From NCBI RefSeq assembly GCF_001194135.2, contig NC_068991.1, positions 44,037,660 to 44,095,105 on the forward strand: a DNA stretch of 57,446 nucleotides. Reading direction: 5' to 3'. Each line of letters opens with the position of its first letter. Positions within the stretch are counted from its first letter, which is position 1. Source of the stretch: Octopus bimaculoides. Taxonomy: Eukaryota. Under the pieces are notes generated by a model. It saw nothing but the letters and a program-made list of their open reading frames with translations. It ran no database searches and was not told the DNA's origin. The translations under genes were made by a program, and so were the position numbers. Positions 38,766 to 52,040 of this stretch are shown here, piece by piece.

Positions 38766-38821
<56 letters not shown>

Positions 38822-41321
38822 CTGTCAAAAAAAAATGCACCAAAGACAAAATTGTTCGGGATAATCCTATGTTGTTTTTTTGCAATTGGGATCTGATAAA
38901 TTAAGCATCAGTTGGTTCTGTTGTTTTCACTAGTCACCAATCTACTGATAAAAAATATGGTCCTGCTACAGGACTTCCCAACCAGTGAAATGACTGGTAA
39001 GGGTGAATTGAATGAAAATGGGAGAAGTGAAGGTAGTGTAAATATGAAGTGTGTACAGGAATATGCATTACAATGCTTGAATGCAGGAGTAGGAGCACTG
39101 ATTAAATTGCATAGATGTTAACAGAAGCATGTAATATAAGAGATGCAGGATGAGTGCACATACTTGGCTTGGTGACAGGCAATGAATAAAGAATGTTACA
39201 CTAGCACACTCTGAGGGAGAAGGAAGAGAGGGAATAAAAAAGACAAAGTGGTTAGAGAGAAGAAAAGCGCAACAGTACAGAACAGTATAATAGAGCATAA
39301 GAGATAAAGTAGAAATAAAATATAGAAGCTATAAAAGAAATAGAAGTTATGTAGAGGGAGTAAAAGGGAGAGGGAAAAGAAAGTGAGTAAGGGAGAAGGT
39401 GGTGGGTACAGAAGAGAGAGTGTAGGGGAGAAATTGATAGGTAAAGGAGAGAAAAAGACTAATGGAAAAGGTGATAGGTGGAGGAAGGGAGGCAGTCAAT
39501 TATAATGTATTATGAAAGAAATTAAAGCATATCATATTTGAAAAGATAGTTGAAAACCAATGAAAACTGTAATAAGGATGTGACTCATCAATCGAAAAGT
39601 AAAACAGTTTTAAGTATGAAACAATGTTTATATTCATTTCTATGTTTATGTTTATGTTTGTACCAAATGTAAAGAGAAAAATACATTTGTATTAAAGTAA
39701 GAACAAATATGGACACACTCAAAAGTGTGTCTGTGTGTGAAGGTAGACACATCCAAATATATAAACATGTACTTGCATACACAAATACACACACATACAT
39801 AATCACAAATATACATGTATGCATGCATACATACTTACACACATACATGCTCACAATACTACACAAATATATACATACAATGTACAAAAATACTGATTTT
39901 AAAATAAATAGTTTTCTCTTGGAAATTAGTATTCATTTCATCATTTTGTATAAGTACCAAGATATTTGTTAGAAGTCAAATTATAATTACTGTATGTTTG
40001 TCATATTTCCTGATATTACACATGGTGGAAAAAGTATACTTCCAAAATTATCTGCCATATAAGAGGTAACACTCTAGTATATTAATATTGAATCAAATAT
40101 ATATTTATAATTATGTAATAGACTGTAACCCCATTTGTTCAAATTCCTTTCATCTTCAGAAGTGATCAATAAAATAGATGGTTCAATGCTTTTGAATATA
40201 AAATGGTGAAGATAAGGAGTTGGTGTCCCAAAATAGTCTCCACTTCTACTTTATAGCAAGTTGGAATGGAACCTGCAGATTAGTAATAGGAAGAACTTTC
40301 AAAAGTAAAAACAGTTACTCTGACCAAAATAAAGGTTAAGAAAAAAAACCTTCTATTTCAGATAGAGAAAAGTTGATATAAAGACAATGAAGAAAAAGAT
40401 TACTTTTCTAATAAAATCGATTTTGGTATATAAATATAAACCAAATCCTAATGTTTAGATAATACATTTCGATAATATAGCTAAAATCTAGTGTTAATGG
40501 TCAGGACTTTACAAAACTTGAACTAATCATAGATAAAAGATGCACTGAATCAATGATGCTTCAATTACATTAATTTCAAACAAACGAACTACCAAATCTG
40601 TCATAGTGGCACCCGTTGTTCCACATCCTGCAGGCCATATTTCTCAATGCAAAAATTAGGTACCACTGTTTTATCACATGTGTTTGCTTCATTGATTATT
40701 TGAGTGTCTGCTCCAATATCTCAGAAACTACTGGAGCTAAGGAAATCAATTTTTTTTTATTTTATTTGTTTGTTTATTTATTTTTTACCAATGATTACTA
40801 TACAAAATAAAGAAAAGGATTTTTTTTCTGTTTTTCTTTTGTTATTTAGATATTAAGTTCACAACCCAACTCTATTCAACATATTATATACTGGTTGAAC
40901 TATGATTTATGAAAAAAATCAATGACATAGGAATATGTTCATATACATAAGTACATAGCAACAAACACAGTTTAATTCCATAAATTTATTTTTATTTGTG
41001 AACATTGTTGTTAATATTGTGTCAAATGTATATTTGCATTTTTAGGTAACAGAATATAATTCTATTTTTTCAATAAAATAGACTTTAGTTAAATATTTTA
41101 ACGTCACCCCAACCTCACAAAATAAAGAAAACTAGCAAGTTTATTCTTAAAATTAAAAATTATATTAGAAATCTACTCTTCCTACCTAGTAAAATTAACA
41201 AAGGAGCTACATATTTGATCAACCTGCTAAAATAACCTCCAAATATCTCTCAAATCACACCCTTTTGGGAACATAATCATAGCTACAATGCCTTAGATCA
41301 TAAGTCCAATGGATCAGAGAT

Positions 41322-41703
41322 TGTTGGCACTCTGTCGCTTACGATGTCGAGGGTTCCAGTCGATCCGATCAACGGAACAGCCTGCTCGTGAAATTAACGT
41401 GCAAGTGGCTGAGCAATCCACAGACACGTGTACCCTTAATGTAGTTCTCGGGGATATTCAGCGTGACACAGTGTGACAAGTCTGACCATTTGAATCACAC
41501 GCACAACAGAAACAGGAAGTAAGAGTGAGAGAAAGTTGTGGTGGAAGAGTACAGCAGGGTTCACGACCATCCCCTGCCGGAGCCTTGTGGAGCTTTAAGT
41601 GTTTCCGCTCAATAAACACTCACAACGCCTGGTCTGGGAATCGAAACCGCGATCCTATGACCGCGAGTCCGCTATCCTAACCACTGGACCATTGCACCTC
41701 CAA
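41322..41703 (-). mobile_element. tRNA-headed SINE, family C, full length with an 11-bp TSD
   Basis: GGATCAGAGAT at 41311-41321 and 41704-41714. Near-identical in reverse complement to 50146-50535. Confidence 0.92.
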
Positions 41704-41771
41704 GGATCAGAGATGATCTAGGGCTAAACAACAACAACACTGACATTAATTAACAGTTTCAAACTGTAAAT

Positions 41772-42006
41772 CAGAGGTTCTCAATTAGTTTTAGCCCATG
41801 GACCCCTTTGATTCCAATTTTACTTGGATGGACTATCATAGCCATTTGATATTTAAAAATCCTATTATATTTTTATAATTAAATATTATAAAGAATTGCA
41901 TATTTTGTGTATTGTAGAAGTATAACCAATTTATTGCACATAAATTTTAACAAAATATCTTACATGGACCCCCAAGAGCCATATGAACCCTGGTTGAGAA
42001 CCACTG
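41772..42006. mobile_element. hAT (Charlie-like) MITE
   Basis: Ends CAGAGGTTCTCAA ... TTGAGAACCACTG. No 8-bp TSD recognisable. Confidence 0.7.
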
Positions 42007-42300
42007 ATTAATGAATGGAGTGAAAACATTCACAATTGTGTGTATTATCTTGTGAATGGTTCATAGCTTGCATTGTGATGTATTCATAACCAAGAATAAA
42101 ACAGTACTTCAAATCACATGCAGGCACTATGAAGGAGAATAAGCAACTGTAAGTTGCATTAATAGTGTAATATTTAAAATTTTTACTTTCTTCTAGTACT
42201 GAGTTCACCTCCTCCTGTAAGTCTATCATGAGTAGAGATAGGCTCTACCAACTTCATTGCATGTAGATTATCCACCATTTGTTCCCTTGCNNNNNNNNNN

Positions 42301-42339
<39 letters not shown>

Positions 42340-45300
42340 TCTCTCTCTCTCATAGGAAGACAGTAATTCTAAATAAGAACTGACCTTGGATCATAGTAAC
42401 TTGTCCAATCCATGCCAGCTTGGAAAATAGACTTGGTTGTGTGATAAGAAGCTTGCTTTCTAACTATATGGTTTGGGGTTCAGTCCCAATGCATGACACT
42501 TTAAGCAAGTGTCTTCTACTATAGATCTGGCCAACCAAAGCATTGTGAGTGGATTTGGTTGACAGAAACTAAAAGAAGCCTGTTGCACAAATGTATTTAT
42601 ATGTGTGTCTTTGTGTCTGTATTCCCCACTACCACTGCTTGACAACCGGTACTGGTGTGTTTACATCCCTGTAACTTAGCAGTTCAGCAAAAGAGAAAAC
42701 AATATGGCTGCAATCTAATGACTGAAACAAGTAAAAGATAAAAGACAAGTGGTGGTGGTGGTGGTGGTGTCTCGTGTATGACATCTTCTGTAACATCTAC
42801 ACAGTACATATAATTCACAAGCAAAATTATTTGTTGCATTTAGTTCTCTAACTCTTTTAACATACATTACATCTTCAAATCTCTCTGCTTTTCTCCCTTT
42901 ACATCCAGACTGGATCTTATTCTCTCACTATACCTCTATCTGTAATTCATTCTACCAACACAGCATTTTATTTGATTCACTTACTGCCATTCTTACTTTG
43001 TCCCCCTCCCTCTTCCCAGAAAGTTTTGTTGGCATCCATTACTGAAATGCATGATTTTAATAGGATTTAAGTTGAAAGCTGTTGTACAGATTTTGCAATA
43101 TTCACTAGAAAGATTGAGAGATATCCTTGTTGTATATGACATGTGTAATCACTTTTTTTTTCCAGTTCACTCCCCTATACAATTTGGGTTTTAATTCTAA
43201 TTTTAATTAATTTATGTTTCACAACTGCTTTACTCCTCCCACAAATGAGTTGTAAAAGAAAAGAAAGAAAAACATTGATTATACAAAAACTAATATAACT
43301 TTTTTTTTATGTCAAAACATTTTGAGTATTTATCATATTAAAACAAAATAGCTTAAAAATGAAACAAAAAAAAATTTTTCAATATCAAATATATTTCTTT
43401 AGGTATAAAGAATGAAGGTAAAAGTGAGAAAAGAGAGAAAATTGTAATATAGAGAGGTGGCAAGAAAGAACTATGAAGAGAGAAGAGAAATAGGGAGGAA
43501 GTCTGGCATGTGTGTGTGTGTGTATGTATGTGCGTGTGTGTGTGTGTGTAAGATATATAAGAGAAATGTATATTTGTAACAGAAAGATAGTTTACCTTAG
43601 GCATGTCTTATTAAAATATATACAGTAAACTAAAAGCTAATTCTTTCACTTATTCTCTCTCTTGCTCTCTCTCTCTCTCTCTCTCTCTCCTAATCTCCTT
43701 TCTTCAACTTGAAACTGAGATATCTGAAGCAACATTAATCCACAAATTCAGTTTAGATTTGATATATAATCAGATAATTTCTTTTAAAATAACATCCATG
43801 AATATTATTAAAAATATGAAAATACAACACACAGACTCAACATTTCAATGATATACTTATCATAAGGAAATAGATGTATCCTTAAAATAGGACCTCTCAT
43901 AAGACATATGTGAAGGCGCATAGCTCAGTATATTCTCATATATAGGGGGTTGTTTGTGCCTCTTTATCTTGATACAGTAAAGAGTAAAGAACCCCTTCAA
44001 TCATGAGATTGCACCTAGAAAGTTCCCCTCCAAGGCACAAGTCTGGGCAAAGTTGTTTATGGAAGACCAGCAGTTGCCCATGCATACCAGCCTCTCCTCT
44101 CCAGCCACTGATGTTATCCAAGGAAAAGGCAAAGGCCAATACAGCTTGGCACCCGTGATGTCGCAACTCATTTCTACAGCTGAGTGGACTGGAGCAACGT
44201 GAAATAAAGTGTCTTGCTCAAGAACACAACACACAGCTCGGCCTCGGAATCAAACTCATCACCTCATGATTGTGAGCTCGATGCTCTAACCACTGAGCCA
44301 TGCACCTAATAGTTGTATCCAGGTATCACTGTCATACAAGCAGTATCTCTTCAATCTCCTATAAACACAAATTTAGCTTTAGGGGAATATTACCTTGCTT
44401 GGCAACAAGGAAGGGCATCCTGCTATAGAAAATCTACCTCAACAAGTTCCATCTAATCTGTAGAGGCATGGAAAAGTGGATGTTAAAAGTTGACCTTAGC
44501 AGGATTTGAACTAAGAACATAAAGATGGAGAAAATGTTGCTAAGCATTTTGCCTAGCCTGCTAATGATTCTGCCAGCTTGCTGTCTTATTTTGTATTTTA
44601 ATATTGTATTGTCATGATGTCTTATTTTTATAGATATCACATGTTTTACATATGTTTATTAACATTTGTATGTATGTGTGTGTATTCCAATATTATCAGC
44701 TAACATACATTACTTGTTGCTTTGTTTACTAATGAGTTATTTGCATATGTAATTAGGATGTCATTCTATACCTTTTTGTTGGTTTTTATGTCCTTGAATA
44801 CTGAATCATCAATAATATTTATAAAGTGTCAAAATTACTTATACACTGAGATATAAAAACAAGTCAACAGCTGAACCATGATGAAACAAGAAATTATTGT
44901 TTAGTTTTTATCAAAGTATGGTGAGGGTGTGATTCGTTCATAAACTCATTCGGTAAATATCACCAAATAACATATACTGTTGTTAAATAATCATAGAAGG
45001 TTGAACAATAATAACATTGTGATTAAAGAAATGAAAAATAATTCTGTGTGGTAAGAAGTTTACTTCCCAGCTACATGATCCAAGATTCAAGTCTGCTGCA
45101 TGGCACCTTGGGCAAGTGTCTTCTATTATAACCTTGGGGTGAACCAAAGCCTTGTCAATGGTTTTGATTACAGAAACTGAAAGAAGCCTATTGTGAGTGT
45201 GTGTGTATTTGTTGTATTTTATGTATACAAATAGTGGTACAACTGCTACTATTAACTTTAGAGCTCCACATAGATTATCATCATCCAGCCTGCATTCAGT

Positions 45301-47659
45301 ATAGTGATTGAGCAACTACTATATTTAGTAGTATTACTAGTTATCATAGACAGAGCAAATGTTGGAAAAATGACAATAAACAACCACAATGGTGAAACAT
45401 GTAGGAACTAATAATATAAATATCATAATTTTCTCCTATATATATATATGGGCATGCTTGTGTTTGTCCCCCACCACCACTTGACAACAAATGTTGATTT
45501 GTTTATGTCCTTGTAACTTAGCAGTTTGGCAAAAAGAATCAGATATATACAAAGCTTAGAAAAGAAAATATAAGTACTGGGGTTGATTTATTCAGCCAAA
45601 CCCTGGTAAAAGACATTTACTGCTTGCTATAATTGTTTAGAATATCACAAAGAGAAAGACTGGATAGTAAGCAAAAATAATACACCAGTGAAATACAAGG
45701 GCTGATGTAATCAATCCCCTTTCTGACAAACTACTGTCCTTGTACTAAATTAGAAACATTAGTTATCCTTGCTGTTTTAATATTCATTTTTTAAAATACT
45801 TTTCATTGTCAGTATGCAAACACTATAAAGACACAAAGAATACTAGTTTAATATGTGTCATGGATTAGTAGCTGAGGTGATTTGGTTTATGAATGAAACT
45901 ACATTGAATAACAACTACTTAGTATGTTGTTTAACTGCATCAATCAAAACCACTTTGTCTAATTTCAGTGATATAAAATATCTAATTATTGAACATAGGG
46001 ATATGACTTGTGTGTGAGTGTGAGTGTGCGTGTGCACACACACACATGCATATATCATTTGCCTACAACAGTGGGTGAATGATATCCTTAAGGTCAACAT
46101 TTACTTTCTCTCAACCATTTTTATGCTGTCTAGCTAACCCAATTTATGACCAAGTTAAATATGGTTAAGTTTATTTAAAAACAATGAAGGCACATGACTC
46201 AGTGGTTAGACTGTCAAGCTCACAATCATGAGGTAGTGAATTCAATTCCTTGACCGGGCTCTATATTGTGTTCTTGTGCAAGACACTTTATTTCCTGTTG
46301 CTCCAGTTCATTCATCTGTAGAAATGAGTTGCAATGTCACTGGTACCAAGCTGTGTCGGCCTTTGCTTTTTCCTTGGATAACATCTATGGTGTGGTGAGG
46401 GGAGGCTGGTATGCATGGATAACTGCTGGTCTTCTATAAACAACCTATGAAGAAGAATAAGCAACTGTAAGTTGCATTAATAGTGTAATATTTAAAACTT
46501 TTACTTTCTTCTTGTACTGAGTTCACCTCCTCCTGTAAGTCTATCATGAGTAGAGATAGGCTCTACCAACTTCATAACATGTAGATTATCCACCATTTGT
46601 TCCCTTGCTCTTTCACCTGCAAACATGTAGTTACCATATCTCTCTCTCTCTCTCTCTCTNNNNNNNNNNNNNNNNNNNNNNNNNNNNNNNNNNNNNNNNN
46701 NNNNNNNNNNNNNNNNNNNNNNNNNNNNNNNNNNNNNNNNNNNNNNNNNNNNNNNNNNNNNNNNNNNNNNNNNNNNNNNNNNNNNNNNNNNNNNNNNNNN
46801 NNNNNCTCTCTCTCGTTGGCATTTAGAAGGATATCCAGCCATAAAAACCATTCTAAAGCAGGCATTGGAACATAAAGCTGTCCTTAGAGTCAATAGATCC
46901 AATCAGATCATTCAGTCCCTGCCAGTATGAAACATGGATGTTAAATGATGATGATGGTGATATATATCTATTTGAGGTTCAAGTGCATGCAAACATGCGT
47001 CTGTATGTTTGTTTATGTCTGCTTGTGTATGAGCATAAGAGAATTATGAGCTCATGTATCTGCACATATTCATAATGTATGTATGTATATATGTGTGTAT
47101 GCATGAATAGATAGATAGATAGATATTGCAGATGACAATATAAAAATCTCTGAAGTGTTGTATAAGCAAATGGGTATATGAGTACACATAAGTGTTCTGT
47201 GGGTCAACATGCATGTATTTACATGTATATGTGACTGCATATGATATATGTTTGTTCATGTCTGTGCTTTATATGATCATGTGTGTGTGTGTTTGTGTGT
47301 ATATGTATATATATTTACACTATGATGAGGATGATAATCTAAGTATGTATGATTACAGTGTACTTGGCTCCTTTTGCATTACTGAAATCTACTTGTTGGC
47401 TTAACAATAATAACATTTTTTTTCTAATTCTCCCTTCCCTTCTTGAACCTTATCTATTCACCCCACCTTCCCCTCTGTTAGTTTACCCACAAGGGCTTTG
47501 CAAAACATGAAAATTGTAATTCATGCTGCAACCAATACCTGCTTATACTATGCACAAGGTCTCACTGAGACCAGGCAAGCAACACAAAGATCTTTTTTCC
47601 AGATGCTGAAAATATCCTGCCAGCTACACTTCCAGGCTTCCCAGGTCCACAAGGTTAAT

Positions 47660-48190
47660 GCTGCCACAATCAACACTGATACAATGAAAGGTAGGTCTGG
47701 CAAGATTGTAGAAATGCTTGAATGGAAGCATGAGGATGTGTGCTGTGTGCAGGAAGTACGATGGAAGGGAGCCTCAGCTAGGCTACTTATGGGCAAGGAA
47801 CATAGATACAAATTTCTCTGGGCGGGCAGCAGTGATTGATTAAGTAGTGTGGGTATTCTGGTGGAGAAATGGGTGGATTAGGTAACTGAGGTAGTCAGGG
47901 TATGCGATAGGATTATTAAACTAAGAATAGTCTTGTTTAATGTTACAGTGACATCTCTGCATATGCTCCACATTTTGGACTGGCAGATATTCAAAGGAAC
48001 TGTTTCTGTGAATCCCTTCTGCAGACTACCTCGACAACAAAAGACAGTGACATTACCATCATGGCTTGGGACTTTAGCAGTCATGTTTGAAGAGAGACGA
48101 CTGCGCTGGTATGGTCATGTGTTGTATATGCATGAGGACAGCTGTGTGAAAAAGTGTCAGACCCTAACAATGGAGAGAACCTGTGGAAGA
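47660..48190 (+). mobile_element. Internally deleted RTE LINE (endonuclease N-terminus fused to the ORF C-terminus)
   Basis: TMKGRSGKIVEML...DVCCVQEVRWKG...CDRIIKL and SAYAP motifs, then EERRLRWYGHVL...CVKKC...TCGRGR only ~100 bp later. Confidence 0.85.
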
Positions 48191-48350
48191 GGTAGAATTG
48201 TGTGTTCGTTTCTCTTTTTGTCATCTGCGATTTTATTTTTGATTTTCTGTATAAATGAAGATATTTCCTCCATCTGGCTGTTTTTCTCTCTACAAAATGG
48301 AGAGTTACATTGCAGAACAGTCATTTTAACAAGTTGTATTTATTTATTTA

Positions 48351-48449
48351 TCACCTGACGAGATACATCTGCACCACCGGATGCTCCTGACCAGTTGTTG
48401 AGAGTCCCACCCAAGATGAGTTGATACTAGATGTGTCGAAACAATTATA
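48351..48449 (+). ncRNA. Degenerate minimal hammerhead-like motif
   Basis: CTGACGA (48355-61), stem II gatacatct/agatgtgtc, GAAAC-AATT-ATA. Stem I does not pair. Confidence 0.4.
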
Positions 48450-49288
48450 ATTAATAATAAATTCTCGTATATTCCATCTTCTATCTTTCATTTGTTATAA
48501 TATATTATATATATAAATATTATATATATATATATATATATNNNNNNNNNNNNNNNNNNNNNNNNNNNNNNNNNNNNNNNNNNNNNNNNNNNNNNNNNNN
48601 NNNNNNNNNNNNNNNNNNNNNNNNNNNNNNNNNNNNNNNNNNNNNNNNNNNNNNNNNNNNNNNNNNNNNNNNNNNNNNNNNNNNNNNNNNNNNNNNNNNN
48701 NNNNNNNNNNNNNNNNNNNNNNNNNNNNNNNNNNNNNNNNNNNNNNNNNNNNNNNNNNNNNNNNNNNNNNNNNNNNNNNNNNNNNNNNNNNNNNNNNNNN
48801 NNNNNNNNNNNNNNNNNNNNNNNNNNNNNNNNNNNNNNNNNNNNNNNNNNNNNNNNNNNNNNNNNNNNNNNNNNNNNNNNNNNNNNNNNNNNNNNNNNNN
48901 NNNNNNNNNNNNNNNNNNNNNNNNNNNNNNNNNNNNNNNNNNNNNNNNNNNNNNNNNNNNNNNNNNNNNNNNNNNNNNNNNNNNNNNNNNNNNNNNNNNN
49001 NNNNNNNNNNNNNNNNNNNNNNNNNNNNNNNNNNNNNNNNNNNNNNNNNNNNNNNNNNNNNNNNNNNNNNNNNNNNNNNNNNNNNNNNNNNNNNNNNNNN
49101 NNNNNNNNNNNNNNNNNNNNNNNNNNNNNNNNNNNNNNNNNNNNNNNNNNNNNNNNNNNNNNNNNNNNNNNNNNNNNNNNNNNNNNNNNNNNNNNNNNNN
49201 NNNNNNNNNNNNNNNNNNNNNNNNNNNNNNNNNNNNNNNNNNNNNNNNNNNNNNNNNNNNNNNNNNNNNNNNNNNNNNNNNNTATATA

Positions 49289-49394
49289 GTCTTACAGCTC
49301 TTTCGAGGCTATTATGGATATCCCTTCATCATCAACGATGTGAGAAGGTTAAGAGACATCTTTAATATCCCTATCCCAGAAACAGCTGTAAGAC
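49289..49394. ncRNA. Inverted pair of hammerhead 3' halves
   Basis: gtcttacagctctttc (49289-49304) and gaaacagctgtaagac (49379-49394). The minus copy has a decayed aTGATGA core. Confidence 0.45.
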
Positions 49395-49811
49395 GATATC
49401 AAATATTTTAACAGCCAAGCGAAATAAACCATTCATTTTCCTATATTATGTGGTATAAATCAAAATGAGTATGCTTATTTCTTAGTATTCAAACTGTTAG
49501 AGTTATTTTCACAATTTATCCAGTACAACCCCTTAAACAAGTAAATAATATTTTCCGAAACAATAAATCCACTTATTTCGGTTAATGACTTATTCATGAA
49601 TATACCATGAATGGCGATGCCCTTCATGTCACTTCAGCCAATTGACAAGTGCATGAAGAACTGTTCTGCTTTTAGACAACTGTACTGTCAACACAAAAGG
49701 TCACACCCTGTTTACATGTAGGAATACCTTCTTAAAGTCTATCTGTACATCTTGAAAATGACCAGCATGTATACTTCACAGAAAACAATTCTCTGAGTGT
49801 GATCATTGCCA

Positions 49812-50133
49812 GGGCTGCTGACTGGCTCTCAGTCAGCATGTAAAATGCACCATTCGAGTGTGATTGTTACCAGTGTTGCCTTACTGGCAAGTGAAAAACA
49901 ACATTCACGCGAGGTCGTTGCCAGTACTGCCTTATTGGCCCTCATGCTGGTGGCACGTAAAAGCACCCACTACACTCTCAGAGTGGTTGGCGTTAGGAAG
50001 GGCATCCAACTGTAGAAACTCTGCCAGATCAGATTGGAGCCTGGTGCAGCCATCTGGCTTGCCAGTCCCCAGTCAAACTGTCCAACCCATGCCAAAATGG
50101 AAAGTGGATAATAAACGATGATGATGATGATGA
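49812..50133 (+). mobile_element. Retroposon family D with an (ATG)n tail. Further copies at ~29749-29897 (+), ~46815-46960 (+), ~52744-52925 (-), ~53369-53600 (-) and ~57203-57446 (-)
   Basis: Shared gagtggttggcgttaggaagggcatcca.ctgtagaaac...aacccatgcca.catggaaag...taaacgatgatgatg. Confidence 0.85.
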
Positions 50134-50145
50134 TATATATATATG

Positions 50146-50535
50146 TGGAGGCGCAATGGCCCAGTGGTTAAGGCAGCGGACTCGCGGTCATAGGATCGCA
50201 GTTTCGATTCCCAGACCGGGCGTTGTGAGTGTTTATTGAGCGAAAACACCTAAAGCTCTACGTGGCTCCGGCAGGGGATGGTGGCGAACCCTGCTGTACT
50301 CTTTCACCACAACTTTCTCTCACTCTTACTTCCTGTTTCTGTTGTGCCTGTAATTCAAAGGGTCAGCCTTGTCACACTGTGTCACGCTGAATATCTCCGA
50401 GAACTACATTAAGGGTACACGTGTCTGTGGATTGCTCAGCCACTAGCACGTTAATTTCACGAGCAGGCTGTTCCGTTGATCGGATCAACTGGAACCCTCA
50501 ACATCGTAAGCGACAGAGTGCCAACAACAACAACA
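50146..50535 (+). mobile_element. tRNA-headed SINE, family C, full length with (AAC)n tail, inserted in (AT)n right behind the family D tail
   Basis: A-box tggcccagtgg, B-box-like gtttcgattcc, tail gtgccaacaacaacaac. Confidence 0.92.
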
Positions 50536-51519
50536 ACATATATATATATATTATTTATACTTGCACACACTCTTTATAATTCAGCTTTGGCTGAATTATT
50601 CGTGGCTTCAATTATAAAGTTTTATGCAAGGAAAGAAAAAGTTTTTAAAAAACTCAAAAAATACCCATCTATTAATCTAAGTGCATTTCTGTGTATGTCT
50701 GGATGTGTCAATCAGAAATCAGGTTTGTCACATCTAAAGCAATTGCCTATTGATTTCAATAAAGTACATATGACCATCCTATTCATAAATTATATTTACA
50801 AACTTACATTTTTTGATTTTTTACAGATTTTCTATTTTCTGTGTCAGTGATTTGAAAGGAATATATAAATTGCAGTCTACTGCAATTTGTTTTAACATTG
50901 TGTCAATGAGTTTAAAAGAAATTCACAATTGACTAAGTAACAAGCTGTTGCAACTTTGCTTTGCTTTGTGACAGCTTTGTTCATTTTTCTTTTTTAACTG
51001 TTGAGCATGATAGCAATAGACAGATAGGAGGTGGGTAGCATTTATTCAGTTATCAATACTAGTATGGAAAGATAATATCAAATGCAAATATGGTAAGCCC
51101 TTCGTTTATTCAGTAATGACCTCCATTTCACGTCATAAAACACAAACCAGTAACTATCTCAATTAAACAACATTGTAACCTAAAGTGGAGCAGATGGTGG
51201 TAATTTTCTCATTTAGTTATCTATTTTCGTTATCTAAGTTTTGTTCTAGATAAATAACTGCACCAATTAACTAACTATTGTAGGTATAATTAAAAAGTAG
51301 AAGTATCAAAAATTCTACACATTTATCATATTATCTGTTTGTCAAATTGTAAAATAGATGTTACACACACATACACACACTATTTCATACTTGAGTAGTT
51401 ATAATTGTAAGGTAGAAAGTATGACACACCTGTTTTAATCATTCATGCATTTGTCTAAGTTTGCATCACCCATGACAGCACTTAAAAATGATTTGAAAAC
51501 AGTTACACAGTCAGTGACA

Positions 51520-52040
51520 ATGTAGACAAATGGTTGATGAGAGTCATTGAAGCTATGTACAGGGTTGCTGACAATAGGGTATGAACCAGCTTGAGAAAGT
51601 TCAGAGAGCTATTACCGCTGTTGGCAACAAAAGATCTCTCAAAATGAAAGGCAGAGTGTATGATGCTTGTGTACCAACAATAATGCTACATGGTAGTGAG
51701 ACATGGACTATGAATGCAGAGGACATGCAAAGACTACAAAGAAATTATGCACAATATTAAAGTGCAGATATATTGAGAGGAAAGTGGACATAAGTGAAAT
51801 CAAATGTAGTGTGTTAGAGAGATTACATCAGTATGATCATGTGATGGACCAGGATGAGTACATGTGCATAAAGAAGTGATAATCACTAAATGTAGATGGA
51901 ACCTGTGGAAGAGAAAAATCCAAGAAGATGGACAAAATAGTGAAAACCGACCATAGGATGTTGAGCCTCATGGAATACATGACAAAGAGACAAGATGATT
52001 ACTGATTTGCTGTACTTGAGAAGACATGTCCATCTCAACA
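51520..52040 (+). mobile_element. RTE LINE 3' fragment with an internal deletion
   Basis: VDKWLMRVIEAMYRVA is joined directly to KFRELLPLLATK...KGRVYDACV...MLHGSETW. Confidence 0.85.

Noticed and set aside
50146-50220. tRNA-like sequence, also at the other SINE heads
   Set aside because: It runs straight into SINE bodies with tails or TSDs and lacks a complete cloverleaf, so it is not a tRNA gene.
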